64,000 nucleotides of DNA from Eledone cirrhosa (taxonomy: Eukaryota). The DNA lies in assembly GCA_964016885.1 (NCBI GenBank), contig OZ024741.1, positions 2,232,001-2,296,000 of the forward strand. The letters run 5' to 3'. Below the pieces are notes generated by a model. The model made no database searches. It had not been told where the DNA came from and saw only the letters and a program-made list of their open reading frames with translations. Made by a program: the position numbers and the translations under genes. Below, piece by piece: positions 41,523 through 54,620 of the stretch. How positions within the stretch are numbered: position 1 is the first letter of the stretch; every line of letters starts with the position of its first letter.

Positions 41523-42869
41523 GTACCACCCCAGTATTGGTGGAGTCCTGTCCCCTTCCAAACTACCAGTACCACCCCAGTATTGGTGGAGTCCTGTCCC
41601 CTTCCAAACTACCAGTACCACCCCAGTATTGGTGGAGCCCTCTCCCCTTCCAAACTACCAGTACCACCCCAGTATTGGTGGAGTCCTGTCCCCTTCCAAA
41701 CTACCAGTACCACCCCAGTATTGGTGGAGTCCTGTCCCCTTCCAAACTACCAGTACCACCCCAGTATTGGTGGAGTCCTGTCCCCTTCCAAACTACCAGT
41801 ACCACCCCAGTATTGGTGGAGTCCTGTCCCCTTCCAAACTACCAGTACCACCCCAGTATTAGTGGAGCCCTCTCCCCTTCCAAACTACCAGTACCACCCC
41901 AGTATTGGTGGAGTCCTGTCCCCTTCCAAACTACCAGTACCACCCCAGTATTGGTAGAGCCCTCTCCCCTTCCAAACTACCAGTACCACCCCAGTATTAG
42001 TGGAGCCCTCTCCCCTTCCAAACTACCAGTACCACCCCAGTATTAGTGGAGCCCTCTCCCCTTCCAAACTACCAGTACCACCCCAGTATTGGTAGAGCCC
42101 TCTCCCCTTCCAAACTACCAGTACCACCCCAGTATTGGTAGAGCCCTCTCCCCTTCCAAACTACCAGTACCACCCCAGTATTGGTAGAGCCCTCTCCCCT
42201 TCCAAACTACCAGTACCACCCCAGTATTAGTGGAGCCCTCTCCCCTTCCAAACTACCAGTACCACCCCAGTATTAGTGGAGCCCTCTCCCCTTCCAAACT
42301 ACCAGTACCACCCCAGTATTAGTGGAGCCCTCTCCCCTTCCAAACTACCAGTACCACCCCAGTATTGGTGGAGTCCTGTCCCCTTCCAAACTACCAGTAC
42401 CACCCCAGTATTAGTGGAGCCCTCTCCCCTTCCAAACTACTAGTACCACCCCAGTATTGGTAGAGCCCTCTCCCCTTCCAAACTACCAGTACCACCCCAG
42501 TATTAGTGGAGCCCTCTCCCCTTCCAAACTACCAGTACCACCCCAGTATTGGTGGAGTCCTGTCCCCTTCCAAACTACCAGTACCACCCCAGTATTGGTA
42601 GAGCCCTCTCCCCTTCCAAACTACCAGTACCACCCCAGTATTAGTGGAGCCCTCTCCCCTTCCAAACTACCAGTACCACCCCAGTATTGGTAGAGCCCTC
42701 TCCCCTTCCAAACTACCAGTACCACCCCAGTATTAGTGGAGCCCTCTCCCCTTCCAAACTACCAGTACCACCCCAGTATTAGTGGAGCCCTCTCCCCTTC
42801 CAAACTACCAGTACCACCCCAGTATTAGTGGAGCCCTCTCCCCTTCCAAACTACCAGTACCACCCCAGT
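41523..42869. repeat. 46-bp minisatellite GTACCACCCCAGTATTGGTGGAGTCCTGTCCCCTTCCAAACTACCA, about 29 copies
   Basis: Direct periodicity, with a few linked variant types. Confidence 0.98.
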
Positions 42870-43051
42870 GTCAAATCCTGGATGTTCCGCTGTGTCAAGG
42901 GAAGGATAGTTTGTCCGGGTCTGCACAGGCACTTAAACCCCTCAGCCAAAGTATGAAGTGGATTACCAAATCATACTCGATTGCCAGTGACAGCTACATT
43001 TTTTTTATATATAAAACATAGAAAACAGCTTTTAAGTTCCACGACCCTCTC

Positions 43052-43146
43052 AAGAAGAAGAAGAAGAAGAAGAAGAAGAAGAAGAAGAAGAAGAAGAAGA
43101 AGAAGAAGAAGAAGAAGAAGAAGAAGAAGAAGAAGAAGAAGAAGAA
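43052..43146. repeat. (GAA)n microsatellite
   Basis: Direct reading. Confidence 0.98.
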
Positions 43147-43194
43147 ATCAAACTCCTCAAATATGAGACCCCCTATCCCAACTTAATATCTACT

Positions 43195-43241
<47 letters not shown>

Positions 43242-43892
43242 CATGTCATTAAGTACCAGATAGAAGGGTCTGCTGTATTTGTTCCGGGTCTTTGCACTCT
43301 TAGATCGAATCCTACCGAAATCGACTTTGTCTTTTGACAACAACAACAGCAACCACAACAATAGTAACAACAAAAGTAACAGCAACCACAACAACAGTAA
43401 CAACAACAGTAACAACAAGATAGTGCCATCCATCGTAAAGACGGTCCAGATTCTATTGAACTGACATGTAAAGAGATATTGACCACCCAATATGATGGAA
43501 GGTATCTTACAGAGGAAGTCACCTGAAAGACATTAATCATCTCTTCCCACCCTCTCTCTTCTAGCTCTCCTCCCCCTCTCTCTCTTCCCCCTCCCACCCC
43601 TCTCTTCCATCTCTCTATCTCTTCCACCCCTCCTCTCTCTCCCACCCTTCTCCCCTCACACACTCATCTTTCTCTCCCTTTCACCCCCTCTCTCTCAATC
43701 GATTCTTCTCCCCTATTGAAATAAACACCAATTATTGATACCTTTCTTCCGGATTTTCCTTCTTTCTTTCCTCTCTTCTTTGCTTTCTTTATTATTTCTC
43801 TTTCTTTATATATTCCTTGTTACAAATGTATCCTAACAACCATATATATATATATATATATATATGATATATATATATTATATATATATATA

Positions 43893-43958
<66 letters not shown>

Positions 43959-44010
43959 ATATATATATATATATATATATATTTATGTATATATATATAT
44001 ATATATATGA

Positions 44011-44060
<50 letters not shown>

Positions 44061-44222
44061 TATGTGTGTATATATATACATATATAGATATGTGTATATA
44101 TATATATATATATCATATATATTATATATATATATCATATATATTATATATATATATATCATATATATCATATATATATATGTGTGCGTGTGTATGTGTG
44201 TGTGTGCGTGTGTGTGTGTGAG

Positions 44223-44436
44223 CTGCCAAGAAACTAGAGAGATGTACAAGGTGTGGACGTGGATGTTTTCAACAAACATCTTGACACTTTGCTAGCCAAG
44301 ATCCAAGATGAACCGACAGTACGGAATGAAGGTAATCTAAGGGCAACGGGAACTAACTCCCTCCTACCTCAATAGCCAGCCAACGGAGGCTGGTTATAGT
44401 GTAACAACAAAGGCGGTACCCCACCATGGTCTCATA
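44223..44436 (+). mobile_element. CR1-group LINE 3' fragment
   Basis: Translates as GVDVDVFNKHLDTLLAKIQDEPTV...RATGTNSLL, typical of a CR1-group ORF2 C-terminus. Confidence 0.6.
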
Positions 44437-44934
44437 AATATATATATATCATAAACATATATCATAGATAGTATGACAGTTAAGACGAGGGAGGGGGTGG
44501 CAGAGGTGTTAGAGGTTGGCGCAGTAAATGTTTAGCAGTCTCTGTTCTGGCTTTTTATTATCCTTCTGAGGTCGGTAAAACAAAGTATCAATACATAACA
44601 GGAGTCGATTTAATTGGCATTCCCCTCCTGGCTTTGTACTTAAATTAGAAATCATTATATAATTTAGACAAGAACGATGGCTGAGTCAGTTGAGCGCCGA
44701 CAAATACTCATAGGTGTCTGTTACGGCGCTTTACTTTCTCAGTTCAAATTCCTCCGAAATCAACTTTACTTTTCATGTTTCAGACATCAATCAATAAGTA
44801 TTATGTAAGATGTAATCGATCTTCACTTTCCCATGTCCCTATTCTTATATATATATATATAGATCGGAGGCCACATTCAGTTAGTTCCTATTCTCTCACT
44901 TTTTCTCTCTCTCTCTCTCCCACTTTTCATACAG

Positions 44935-45045
44935 AATCATCCATCCATAGATGGGATCTATCAGCTGGCCATAACAGGCCCCTGTATGACTTTGATGGAG
45001 GTCACTCTGTTGCAAGCATTTGGACCAGCTACCCTATCATAGATT
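44935..45045 (+). CDS. Candidate 111-bp phase 1-1 host exon (xSSIHRWDLSAGHNRPLYDFDGGHSVASIWTSYPIID)
   Basis: Long polypyrimidine tract plus TACAG acceptor, GTGAGA donor, one open frame, unique sequence between repeats. Confidence 0.5.
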
Positions 45046-45707
45046 GTGAGAGAGTGAGAGAGACAGGAGGAGAGGGAGAGAGAGATAGAGGCAGATTGAT
45101 AGATAGAGAGATAGAGAGAGAGAGAGGGAGAGAGAGAGATAGACAGACAGATAGATGTATTATATAATAATCTTTACCTGAATATTCAATTTCTTAAGAG
45201 AAATTTCAGAATTGTGGTTTCACTGAGGCAAAGTAACAGAAATAGACGCAGTGACAGACAGACACATACATACACCATACACCATACATACACACATACA
45301 TACACAGACACACAAGCACACACACACACATGTAAACGTTCACACAGATAAAAAGACAAAGTTGGATAAAGGATTCAATATTAGATATAGTGTTATATAT
45401 ATAATAGCTGGTCCCGTGTCGTCAAAGACGACGGCTAATTGTAATATGTATACGTAATGGTATAGGCAGAAGGCCAGCAATTTTGCGGGAGGGAAAGTCG
45501 ATTAAAATCCACCCCAGTGCGTGACTGGTACTTTATTTTATCGACCCTGAAAAGGATGGTTGGTTCCTTCGCTCACACAAGTGATACAAACATACAAACA
45601 CAGCCAATGTGTGAAGCCAAATTGCTACACATACACACACACAGCTGTGACGAATCTTAGAACGCTGGACTTCTATAGCTTCTCACCCCCTCCTTCCTCA
45701 GGCATTG

Positions 45708-46111
45708 CATATTTATTCGATTAGATATATTTCAAGGGCACCAAAACTTTGGTACGCTCTCATCAAATAAAATACAAAGTTTGTTTTATAAATATTGACA
45801 CAACCAGGAAAGAATAGATTAAAGGTTCAAATTTTTCCTGGAAAAACTATCCAGGAAAAACTTGAACCGTTAAGTTCTTTCCTGATTATGTCAATATTTA
45901 TAAAACAAACTTTGCATTTTATCTGATGAGGGCGTACCAAAGTTTTGGTACCCTTGAAATATATATAATAGAATAAATATGGTTTTATAAATATAGTTTC
46001 CATTTATTTAATATCATTGAATATTATACTCCAGAACATCTGTCGAGTGCTCTGAATCTGTTATAAACATTTATATTTGTTGAATTACCAACAAATTAAA
46101 TATCCCTTTTG

Positions 46112-46112
<1 letters not shown>
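45708..46112 (+). mobile_element. Fold-back Penelope-like terminus: about 135-bp arms (45708-45981) plus 3' tail; tail recurs at 46957-47088
   Basis: Arms centred at TTTTTCCTGGA-AAAACTA-TCCAGGAAAAA, with a hammerhead in the right arm. The tail ends in (TA)n. Confidence 0.8.
45916..45974 (+). ncRNA. Type I hammerhead ribozyme motif
   Basis: Stem I ATTTTAT/ATAGAAT, CTGATGA at 45923-45929, stem II GTACCAAA/TTTGGTAC, GAAA at 45956-45959, palindromic ATATATAT stem III, and UA site at 45966-45967. Confidence 0.75.
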
Positions 46113-46168
<56 letters not shown>

Positions 46169-46225
46169 TAGTATAAGCAATATATATATATATATATATA
46201 CAGTATATATATATATATTAGTATA

Positions 46226-46272
<47 letters not shown>

Positions 46273-46278
46273 CTTATA

Positions 46279-46370
<92 letters not shown>

Positions 46371-46371
46371 A

Positions 46372-46402
<31 letters not shown>

Positions 46403-46403
46403 A

Positions 46404-46478
<75 letters not shown>

Positions 46479-46517
46479 CGCACATATATATATATACATA
46501 AATATATTTATATATAT

Positions 46518-46707
46518 GAGTCGCGGATTCAATGAGGGGTAACCACAGTAAGGTACACAATACATTAGTAGAGGGTAACCATCAAGTTTAATATAGAAAT
46601 GGCTTCTAAGGACTAGAACTGTTTCATTGAGAAGAAATCAGCAGGAAAGCCCTGGGTTAGGGTAACAAAATCACTTTAACCCATCCTAGGAACCTTTGTT
46701 CAACTTG
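46518..46707 (-). mobile_element. Longest copy of the GAAACAGTTCTAGTC Penelope-like family
   Basis: Minus strand reads CTGCTGA-TTTCTTCTCAAT-GAAAC-AGTTCTA-GTC. Other copies at 22591, 47221, 53905 and 58758. Confidence 0.65.
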
Positions 46708-46770
46708 CCTAACTACCAGTAACTAACGTAAAACCCTCCCCCACTACTACTACTACTACTACTACTACTT

Positions 46771-46825
<55 letters not shown>

Positions 46826-46859
46826 CAACACCACCACCACTACTACTACTACTACCAAC

Positions 46860-46899
<40 letters not shown>

Positions 46900-47150
46900 T
46901 CACCACCACCTCTACTGCTACTACTACTGCTGCTACTACTACTGCTGCTACTACTAAATATGGTTTTATAAATATAGTTTCCATTTATTAATATCGTATA
47001 TCTACTCCAAATACGTGTCGAGTGCTTTATATCAGTTATAAAAATATTTACTTGTTGTATCCCAACAATTTAAATAGAACTTTTGCATATATATATATAT
47101 ATATATATAGTAATAATAATAAAATTGAAGACTAAAATCCAAAGAGGGCA

Positions 47151-47191
<41 letters not shown>

Positions 47192-47291
47192 GAGAAATAC
47201 AAGTAGAGAAATAAATTACTTCTACAGAACTAGAACTGTTCCATTCTTTTGAAATCAGTAATGTACTCCCCCTCCCCCCACACACACCACC

Positions 47292-47368
<77 letters not shown>

Positions 47369-47373
<5 letters not shown>

Positions 47374-47559
47374 AAAAGTATGACCACGACGGCAGAGCTC
47401 AAGCCGTTTCGACGGCTATTTCTTGACAGAAATAGCCGTCGAAACGGCTTGAGCTCTGCCGTCGGTGTCATTCTTTTTCCTATTTTCCACTCTACTACCC
47501 TAAGTATTGAGTACTCTGGTGCGTTATGGTCCATCTGGTTCCTTACCACAATTCCTTCG

Positions 47560-47562
<3 letters not shown>
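47369..47562 (+). mobile_element. Fold-back insert (arms 47369-47482) plus tail, between (TA)n tracts; partial copy at 48946-49003
   Basis: GGCAGAGCTCAAGCCGTTTC-GACGGCTATTTCT-TGAC-AGAAATAGCCGTC-GAAACGGCTTGAGCTCTGCC. Confidence 0.85.
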
Positions 47563-47593
<31 letters not shown>

Positions 47594-48044
47594 CCGCATA
47601 TATAAACACTTTATTGGCATATTACACGAAACACAGTACACCCAAGCACTGCAGTCATGCCACACACATACACACACACACACACATACACACACATATA
47701 CACATACACACACACATGCACACACACACACACACACACATACACACACACATACACACACATACACATAAACACATACACACACACATACACACACATA
47801 CACACACATACACACACATATACACACACATACACACCTACACACACACACACACACATATACAGACATACACACACATACAAACACACATACACACACA
47901 TACACACACACACACACACACATACACACACATACACACAAATACATACAAATACACACACGTGTGTGTTATACGTTTTAAAATGTTATAGTATTATCAT
48001 ATTTAAAGTTTTTCAGTTAAAACGGAGACAGAATTAACGCAAGT

Positions 48045-48115
<71 letters not shown>

Positions 48116-48378
48116 TAAGTAAATAAGAGAGGGAGTGGATTAATGAGAGAGGAAGGGAGTTAGTTAGAGAGAGGGAGTGTGTAGATTAGGTAGAGAAAAA
48201 GAGGTTGAATGAGTAAGGAAGTGTTAAGATGGGTGTTTCAGTTTAAATTTAAAGTAGGCGGCGTTATCAAGCTGAACATCCCCACCCTCTCATAGTGGTG
48301 GAGAGGGTGGGGAATGGGCACAGCATCAAATATTCGGTAAGGAACGATATCACATTCCACATGGATGCAGCTTTTACT

Positions 48379-48469
<91 letters not shown>

Positions 48470-48542
48470 CATAAACCCACAAAGAGAGAGAGAGATGGAT
48501 AGAGAGGGAGAGAGAGAGAGAAGGGGAGAGAGAAAGAGAGAA

Positions 48543-48585
<43 letters not shown>

Positions 48586-48761
48586 CACAACAAATTAGCA
48601 GACTATACTCGAGGACGCGCGTTTAACCGAACGGAATTTCTAACTCTCTACCGAACTTGTCCTTTGGACGAAGTGTTCTACTTAGTACGGATATCACTAC
48701 TATACACACGCATATATATACATATATATATAAGTTACAACAGTGACATGTACAGGTACTG

Positions 48762-48812
48762 ACAGGACTGAATGAGTTGGGACAAACAACCCAACGAAAC
48801 TTAAGTACCAGT
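48762..48812 (+). ncRNA. Hammerhead-like motif with a one-nucleotide core insertion, inside inverted flanks (48731-48839)
   Basis: CTGAATGA-GTTGGG-ACAAACAA-CCCAAC-GAAAC-TTAA-GTA. Stem III ACTTAAGT is palindromic. Confidence 0.65.
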
Positions 48813-48902
48813 ATATGTCACTGTCACTGTTATAACTAATTATATTTAACTCGTCCTATGGATTGATATATATATATATCTATATATATATATATCTATA
48901 TC

Positions 48903-48945
<43 letters not shown>

Positions 48946-49012
48946 TCCAGAATTAGCCGTCGAAGCGGCTTGAGCTCAGCCATCGGGGTCCTACTCGTTC
49001 CTATATATATAT

Positions 49013-49969
49013 ACTAGACATGAAAAATGCGCAAGCTCAAAAGTGCCACAGAATGTTATAATAAACCTTCAAAAGTGTGGGACTAGAGTTGTTGCTAAAA
49101 AATATTGTAATCATTATATATCGTACATTCTGTGGCATCCTTTATAAAAATAGCTTAAACCAACGAAGCCTTTATTTTTACGCTATTTCACTTAGTTAAT
49201 TCTTAGAGTGTAACATATAAAAATATGATTTACAACTATAAAATAAATTAATTAATATAATAACAGAGCTGCGGAGCTGAAATTTAGGAAATAAGGGAAT
49301 ATCGGATCCTGAGTTGGAGCCAGTCAATTTTTGGCCGACTCCGCAGCCCTGTATAATACATTTCATATTAAAGTTATTAATAAACCTATTTTACACTGCA
49401 TGCAAATTACCATGAGATATTGATATTAGATATAAGATACAGCGCAATATCTACAGCTGTAAAAGTACGAAAGCGAAGTAATAATAAGTGGCTTAAGGTA
49501 ATTCCAATATGAAAGTTTGTAGTGATAAAAATTTGATAATGCAATACGATTGTTAATATTATAGTTCTATGAAAATGTAACAATAGATAACTAAATTATT
49601 TTACTATTAGTATATTTAAGAAATTATCATTATAGATTTGATCGTTCATATAAGCATCATATTAATTTTCAACACAATTATTTTGTTACTATGAGTATAT
49701 GATAATAATATTACGTAATTATTTATAGCTGTTATTACATTAAACATAGATGTATTTATTTTTATATGTTACACTCTAAGAATTAACTAAGTGAAATAGC
49801 GTAAAAATAAAGGCTTCGTTGGTTTAAGCTATTTTTATAAAGGATGCCACAGAATGTACGATATATAATGATTACAATATTTTTTAGCAACAACTCTAGT
49901 CCCACACTTTTGAAGGTTTATTATAACATTCTGTGGCACTTTTGAGCTTGCGCATTTTTCATGTCTAGT
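49013..49969. mobile_element. Element with 213-bp apparently identical inverted arms (49013-49225 / 49757-49969)
   Basis: ACTAGACATGAAAAATGCGCAAGCTC...GTAACATATAAAAATA and its reverse complement. Confidence 0.9.
49264..49351. mobile_element. Tiny hAT-like MITE
   Basis: TIRs CAGAGCTGCGGAG / CTCCGCAGCCCTG; 8-bp TSD TATAATAA/TATAATAC. Confidence 0.65.
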
Positions 49970-51159
49970 TTAATATTTTTTTAAGGCAACGCTTGTAATA
50001 ACTCTAGTTAAAGAGGATATATATTAATAATAAATTATCGTTGTAATGTAATTAGATTATGTAATTGTTATTATAAATTATCTTATAAATATTAGTGTAA
50101 GATGTATAAAAATATTTTCAGACTTTTAATATAAACAACTACAAAAAACAATCAATATTAAATCAATATATTATACATAATAGAAAACATAAAATAAACA
50201 ATACAAAAACAAAATATTTACATACAATTGCAATTATCAGTGTATATACATTTTCTTTATATTCCCTGAGCAAATTAATAAGATTTGTTTTTATTGTACA
50301 TAATTTGATGACTTGTTGGAGTGTATTAAAAGATAGCAACAATTTGTGATTAAATTGTTATCTTAAGCAACTCACTTTTTAATAGTTGTTGGCTGAGCGA
50401 AATTGTAAAAGCCTATGAGCAAATATAAAAAAAAATACACAAACAACATTTCCTTGTGTTATTACAACATTAGATAAAATAATTGAGCAATGTCGTTATA
50501 TTTTGCTCTTATTGCACATTAATAGTGTTTCTATTTTTCGGCACAAATCCATTACGGCAGTCCATTACTGGTACTTTATTTTATCGAATTAGTAAGTATG
50601 AAAGTCGAAGTTAACCTCGGCAGGATTTGAACTTAGAATGCAAAGGACCATAACAATACTGCAAAGCATGGTGTCTGACGCTCTACCAATACTTGTGTTG
50701 AGCTGGTCATTAATTTATGGTGGTCGTGCGTGGAGTAGAGCAATCGCTAGTTGAAATATTATGAACAAAACATTTTTATTTGCCGAAGAACATATTTTCA
50801 ATACTGTTTGTGAATGTGACGAAGGAAATACATTCTGATATGGAACAGTGTACAAAGTGTGTCTGTGAATAACATAATGTTACCTCATGTTGTTGTCAAG
50901 ACATAATGGATTTCGTATATCCAGTTAGAAGATGAAACCTAGCCATCTCGGATTAGTTATATTTCATGCCATGTGTAAACGTGTTTGAGGATAGCAAAAT
51001 ATGCGTGTTTCTTGTCTGGAAATTTTCTGCTAAACTGATTGGTTTCGTTTTTGGCACTATACAATACTCATCCAACAGATAGCTGCATTGGATCCTTGAT
51101 TGGTTAATATTTAGGTGAGGGTGCTTGATGCAGAGTTAGTGCAAAATGGATCAATGAGT

Positions 51160-51815
51160 GTAATAATAATAATGATAATAATAATGAAAATATTGTGTAC
51201 AATGCTGAGGTGCACTACAACTCATCAAAAGTGCATATATAATACATAGGGTAATATAAAAACGTCAGGAAAAAAGAACAGTGCATGAGTCATGATATAC
51301 ACATATGTGCATGTGTATGGAAGGGGGACATCAGGTGTAGTTTTGGTGTATTTCGGAATGTATGATGGTTTTAAAGGATGCAGTGTGTCATCAGCTAACA
51401 ACTGATGCAGGAAGTTTGTTCCATCCTTCTGCAACTCTGAGCATGAAGAAATATTTCCTAAAGTCATGGGAGCTGTGTTGTTTTCTGACTTTGTAGGCAT
51501 GTCCACGTGTTAGACACATGGAGATCAAAAAGGTGTTCGGGGTTGTTGTTGGTCGGATGGTTAATAACTTTGTGGGTGTTTACCAAGTCCATTGCCAGAG
51601 GGAAGCAAAATATTCAGGGTATGGTAGGTGTCTGATGGAGGGTATGCGCTTGGTTGCATGTCTCTGAACAGTTTCCAGGAGGTCAATGTTCTGAGCAAGA
51701 TAGGGGTTCCAGACTGATGACGTGAACTCCAAGTGTATTCGTACCATAGATGTATACAGCTTTAAATAGATGGCTGGAGAGCAGCTAATGAAGGTCTTGC
51801 TGATTGATGCCAAGT
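51160..51815 (-). mobile_element. CR1-group LINE 3' fragment with (ATT)n tail
   Basis: LKLYTSMVRIHLEFTSSVWNPY...LETVQRHATKRIP..LPYPE. Confidence 0.85.
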
Positions 51816-52206
51816 CAATCTTAATAAATTGACTGATTTATCTGTTCACTACTGCTAATCCACCGCTGTTTGTACAATTTTTTAGATAATGTCAATTTGA
51901 GCTTGAATCATTGGCGTAATGAAATTTGAAAAGATTATAAGCAAATCTTTTTTAAAATACACAGACAACATTTAACTGTATCGTTGCAACATTAGATCTA
52001 ATAATTGTTTCTACTTTAGGCACAAGGCCAGCAATTACCCAGTGCATTACTGGTACTTTATTTTATCTACCCCGTAAGGATGAAAGGCAAAGTCAACCTC
52101 GGCAGGATTTGAACTCAGATCGTAAAGGGACGTAACTATGCTGGAAAGCATGGCATCCGACCCTCTACCAATACTGCCAAAATAATGGAGCAACATTTGT
52201 GCAGAA

Positions 52207-52671
52207 TTATTGTTTGTGCAATAAGATATTTGCAGATCTGTACTCGGTCTGCTCTTTAGCCAACTCGGTACGTTTAGAAGCTCTACGCTCGGCTTGCTTT
52301 TGAGATATAATAGCTGAATTTGCAGATCTATACTTGGCCTGCTTGTTTGCCAACTCATACCGTTTTGAACATCTATACTTGGCCTGTTTTTGTGTTAATT
52401 TAGCAAAATTCACAGCTCTATAATCGGCCTGTTTTTGTCTCAACTTCTCCCGATTCCGCATCCGGTAAGCTGCTTTCACATCCAATTTAATACGCCCATC
52501 TAGATTATTAGCACAGGAATGTGAACAAGCTTGTGGGACCGCATCATTGTAAGTATATGAACTGCCTGCAACATCAAGACCCAATTCACAAGTGCAGCGT
52601 TGCTCATTCACATCGGCAGTGGGGACACCAAAATCAGTGACAGGTCTCGATTCACTCGCGAGATACATCAC
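52207..52671 (-). pseudogene. ORF fragment with 15-aa basic repeats (KQAxYR), possibly from a Helitron Rep/Hel N-terminal region
   Basis: QKQADYR, QKQAKYR, NKQAKYR, QKQAERR and KEQTEYR occur at 15-residue spacing. The Helitron assignment is inference. Confidence 0.45.
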
Positions 52672-52699
52672 AGCTACACTATATATTTAAACATATATA

Positions 52700-52760
52700 C
52701 AGTGATACCTCGCTACTTGGCGGTTCAACTATCGCGGATTCACGATTTCGCGCAGTTTTA
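52700..52760 (+). mobile_element. Tc1/mariner (pogo/Tigger-like) terminus
   Basis: TA|CAGTGATACCTCGCTACTT..CGGTTCA; no partner TIR seen. Confidence 0.45.
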
Positions 52761-52837
52761 GAATATATATATGAACACCTAAAATTTTTCATTAAATCCA
52801 TTAAAATATTAATAATAAACACAGTTCTAATCATACG

Positions 52838-52922
<85 letters not shown>

Positions 52923-53010
52923 TAAGTAATTAATACCGTATAAATGGTACAAAGACTGTTTATGTAAAATGTATTTCTCAACAGAGTATTGAATACTTAG
53001 GAGAAATTCA

Positions 53011-53220
53011 AAACGAAGAGTGATAAAATTTCAAGCAAAGAGTTTAATTAGGTAATGACTTACAAATTTGTTTCAGTATATAGACAAAGCCTGAAGCGCT
53101 AATTATAATAATTAGTTAATAATATTACAAAATATATTAATATTATATTAAATATATACTGAAACAAATTTGTAAGTCATTACCTAATTAAACTCTTTGC
53201 TTGAAATGTTATCATTCTTC

Positions 53221-53224
<4 letters not shown>
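53011..53224. mobile_element. Fold-back insert with 72-bp arms and hammerhead 3' half
   Basis: TACAAATTTGTTTCAGTATATA ... TATATACT-GAAAC-AAATTT-GTA. Ends in (TA)n. Confidence 0.8.
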
Positions 53225-53291
<67 letters not shown>

Positions 53292-54065
53292 TTTATCTAG
53301 TCCTTCGCTCAAGATTAATCTATAAGTTTAGATGTCTGCCTTCGTTTAAGTAAATATTACAGTAAGATTTTTAATATAAACAACTACAAAAAACAATTAA
53401 TATTAAAACGAAAAAATTATCAATGATAAAAGAAGCGGATGCAACTTTTTTTTTTATAAAGTTATATTCCTGTTTCTTTAAAGAACATTTCATTTTTGTT
53501 ATATTGTAGGCGAAATAATGCAATGGTTTAATAGGGAAGATATAACTTACCAATTATGTCTCTAACCGTGTAACGCTTTTTAAGTAGATAACTACAATTG
53601 AAAATACTAAAGAAATGGAACCAACAATTCAATTTGAAAGTCGTCTACTTATAGTGACAGTGTATTACTGGTACTTTATTTTATCGACCCCGTAACGATG
53701 AAATGCAAATGCTTAAAATTTAAATTGCCTTAATTCTATCGTCTGCTGTTTCATTAAAGGGAGATTCTCGTCTGTATTTAATTCTATCGTCTACTGTTCC
53801 ACTAAACAGATATACCTCCACTATCGTCTCTATTTATACATTTTAACTTATAACTTATACACATTTGATTTGAAATATTTTATCTAGTCCCCCCCTCTCA
53901 ATATTATGATGATTTCTTTCGAATGAAACAGTTCTAGTCCTGTAGAAGCCATTTATATATATAATTGAACTGAGTTAAAAATTCACAATATTTATAATTA
54001 AATAAGCTCATATATATATGTGTGTATTTATCTGTTTATTGTATTATATATAATGTGTGTATATA

Positions 54066-54200
54066 CAGGATGTCCCCCAAAAATATATACACACTTCAGC
54101 AGCATTCTAATAACTATTGCCTGTACAGGTAATCAAAGTGTCAATCGAATGTTAGTTTCGTGTTTTAACAGTACAAATTTACAATACACACATAAAACCA
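54066..54200 (+). mobile_element. Tc1/mariner-like terminus
   Basis: TA|CAGGATGTCCCCCAAAAATATATACACACTT resembles CAGGGTGTCC-type TIRs. Confidence 0.4.
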
Positions 54201-54374
54201 GTGTATATACATACATGAGTGTGTATACACATACATGAATGTGTATATACAATATATATGTATATATATATAGACACATATATTCACGGTGCAACGGAAC
54301 ATTAAAATATAGATGCGGGAGGGGGGTGTATATATAGGGGCGCTGGGGATAAAGGAGTGTAAAGCGTGTGTAAT

Positions 54375-54620
54375 TGATATATTGAAGGAGAGGAGCGTGC
54401 AGCGATAGAGTAACAAATATATAGAGAGGGGGAGAGATGGTATTGAAGGGGAGGAGTGCAAAGCGAAAGAGTAAGAGAGATATATATATAGAGACGGAAC
54501 AGATAGAGAGAAACAGGCGTAAGTAACAGTGGAAGAGATATATAGAGAGGGGGAAATGTGTTATTGAAGGGGAGGAGTGTAAAGCGAAAGCGTAAGATAT
54601 ATATAGAGAGAGGGGGAATA
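54375..54620. repeat. Degenerate purine-rich tandem repeat
   Basis: TATTGAAGGGGAGGAGTG..AAGCGAAAG recurs three times. Confidence 0.7.

Noticed and set aside
41399-43021. Proline-rich repeat protein
   Set aside because: The 46-bp unit is not a multiple of 3, and variants introduce stops.
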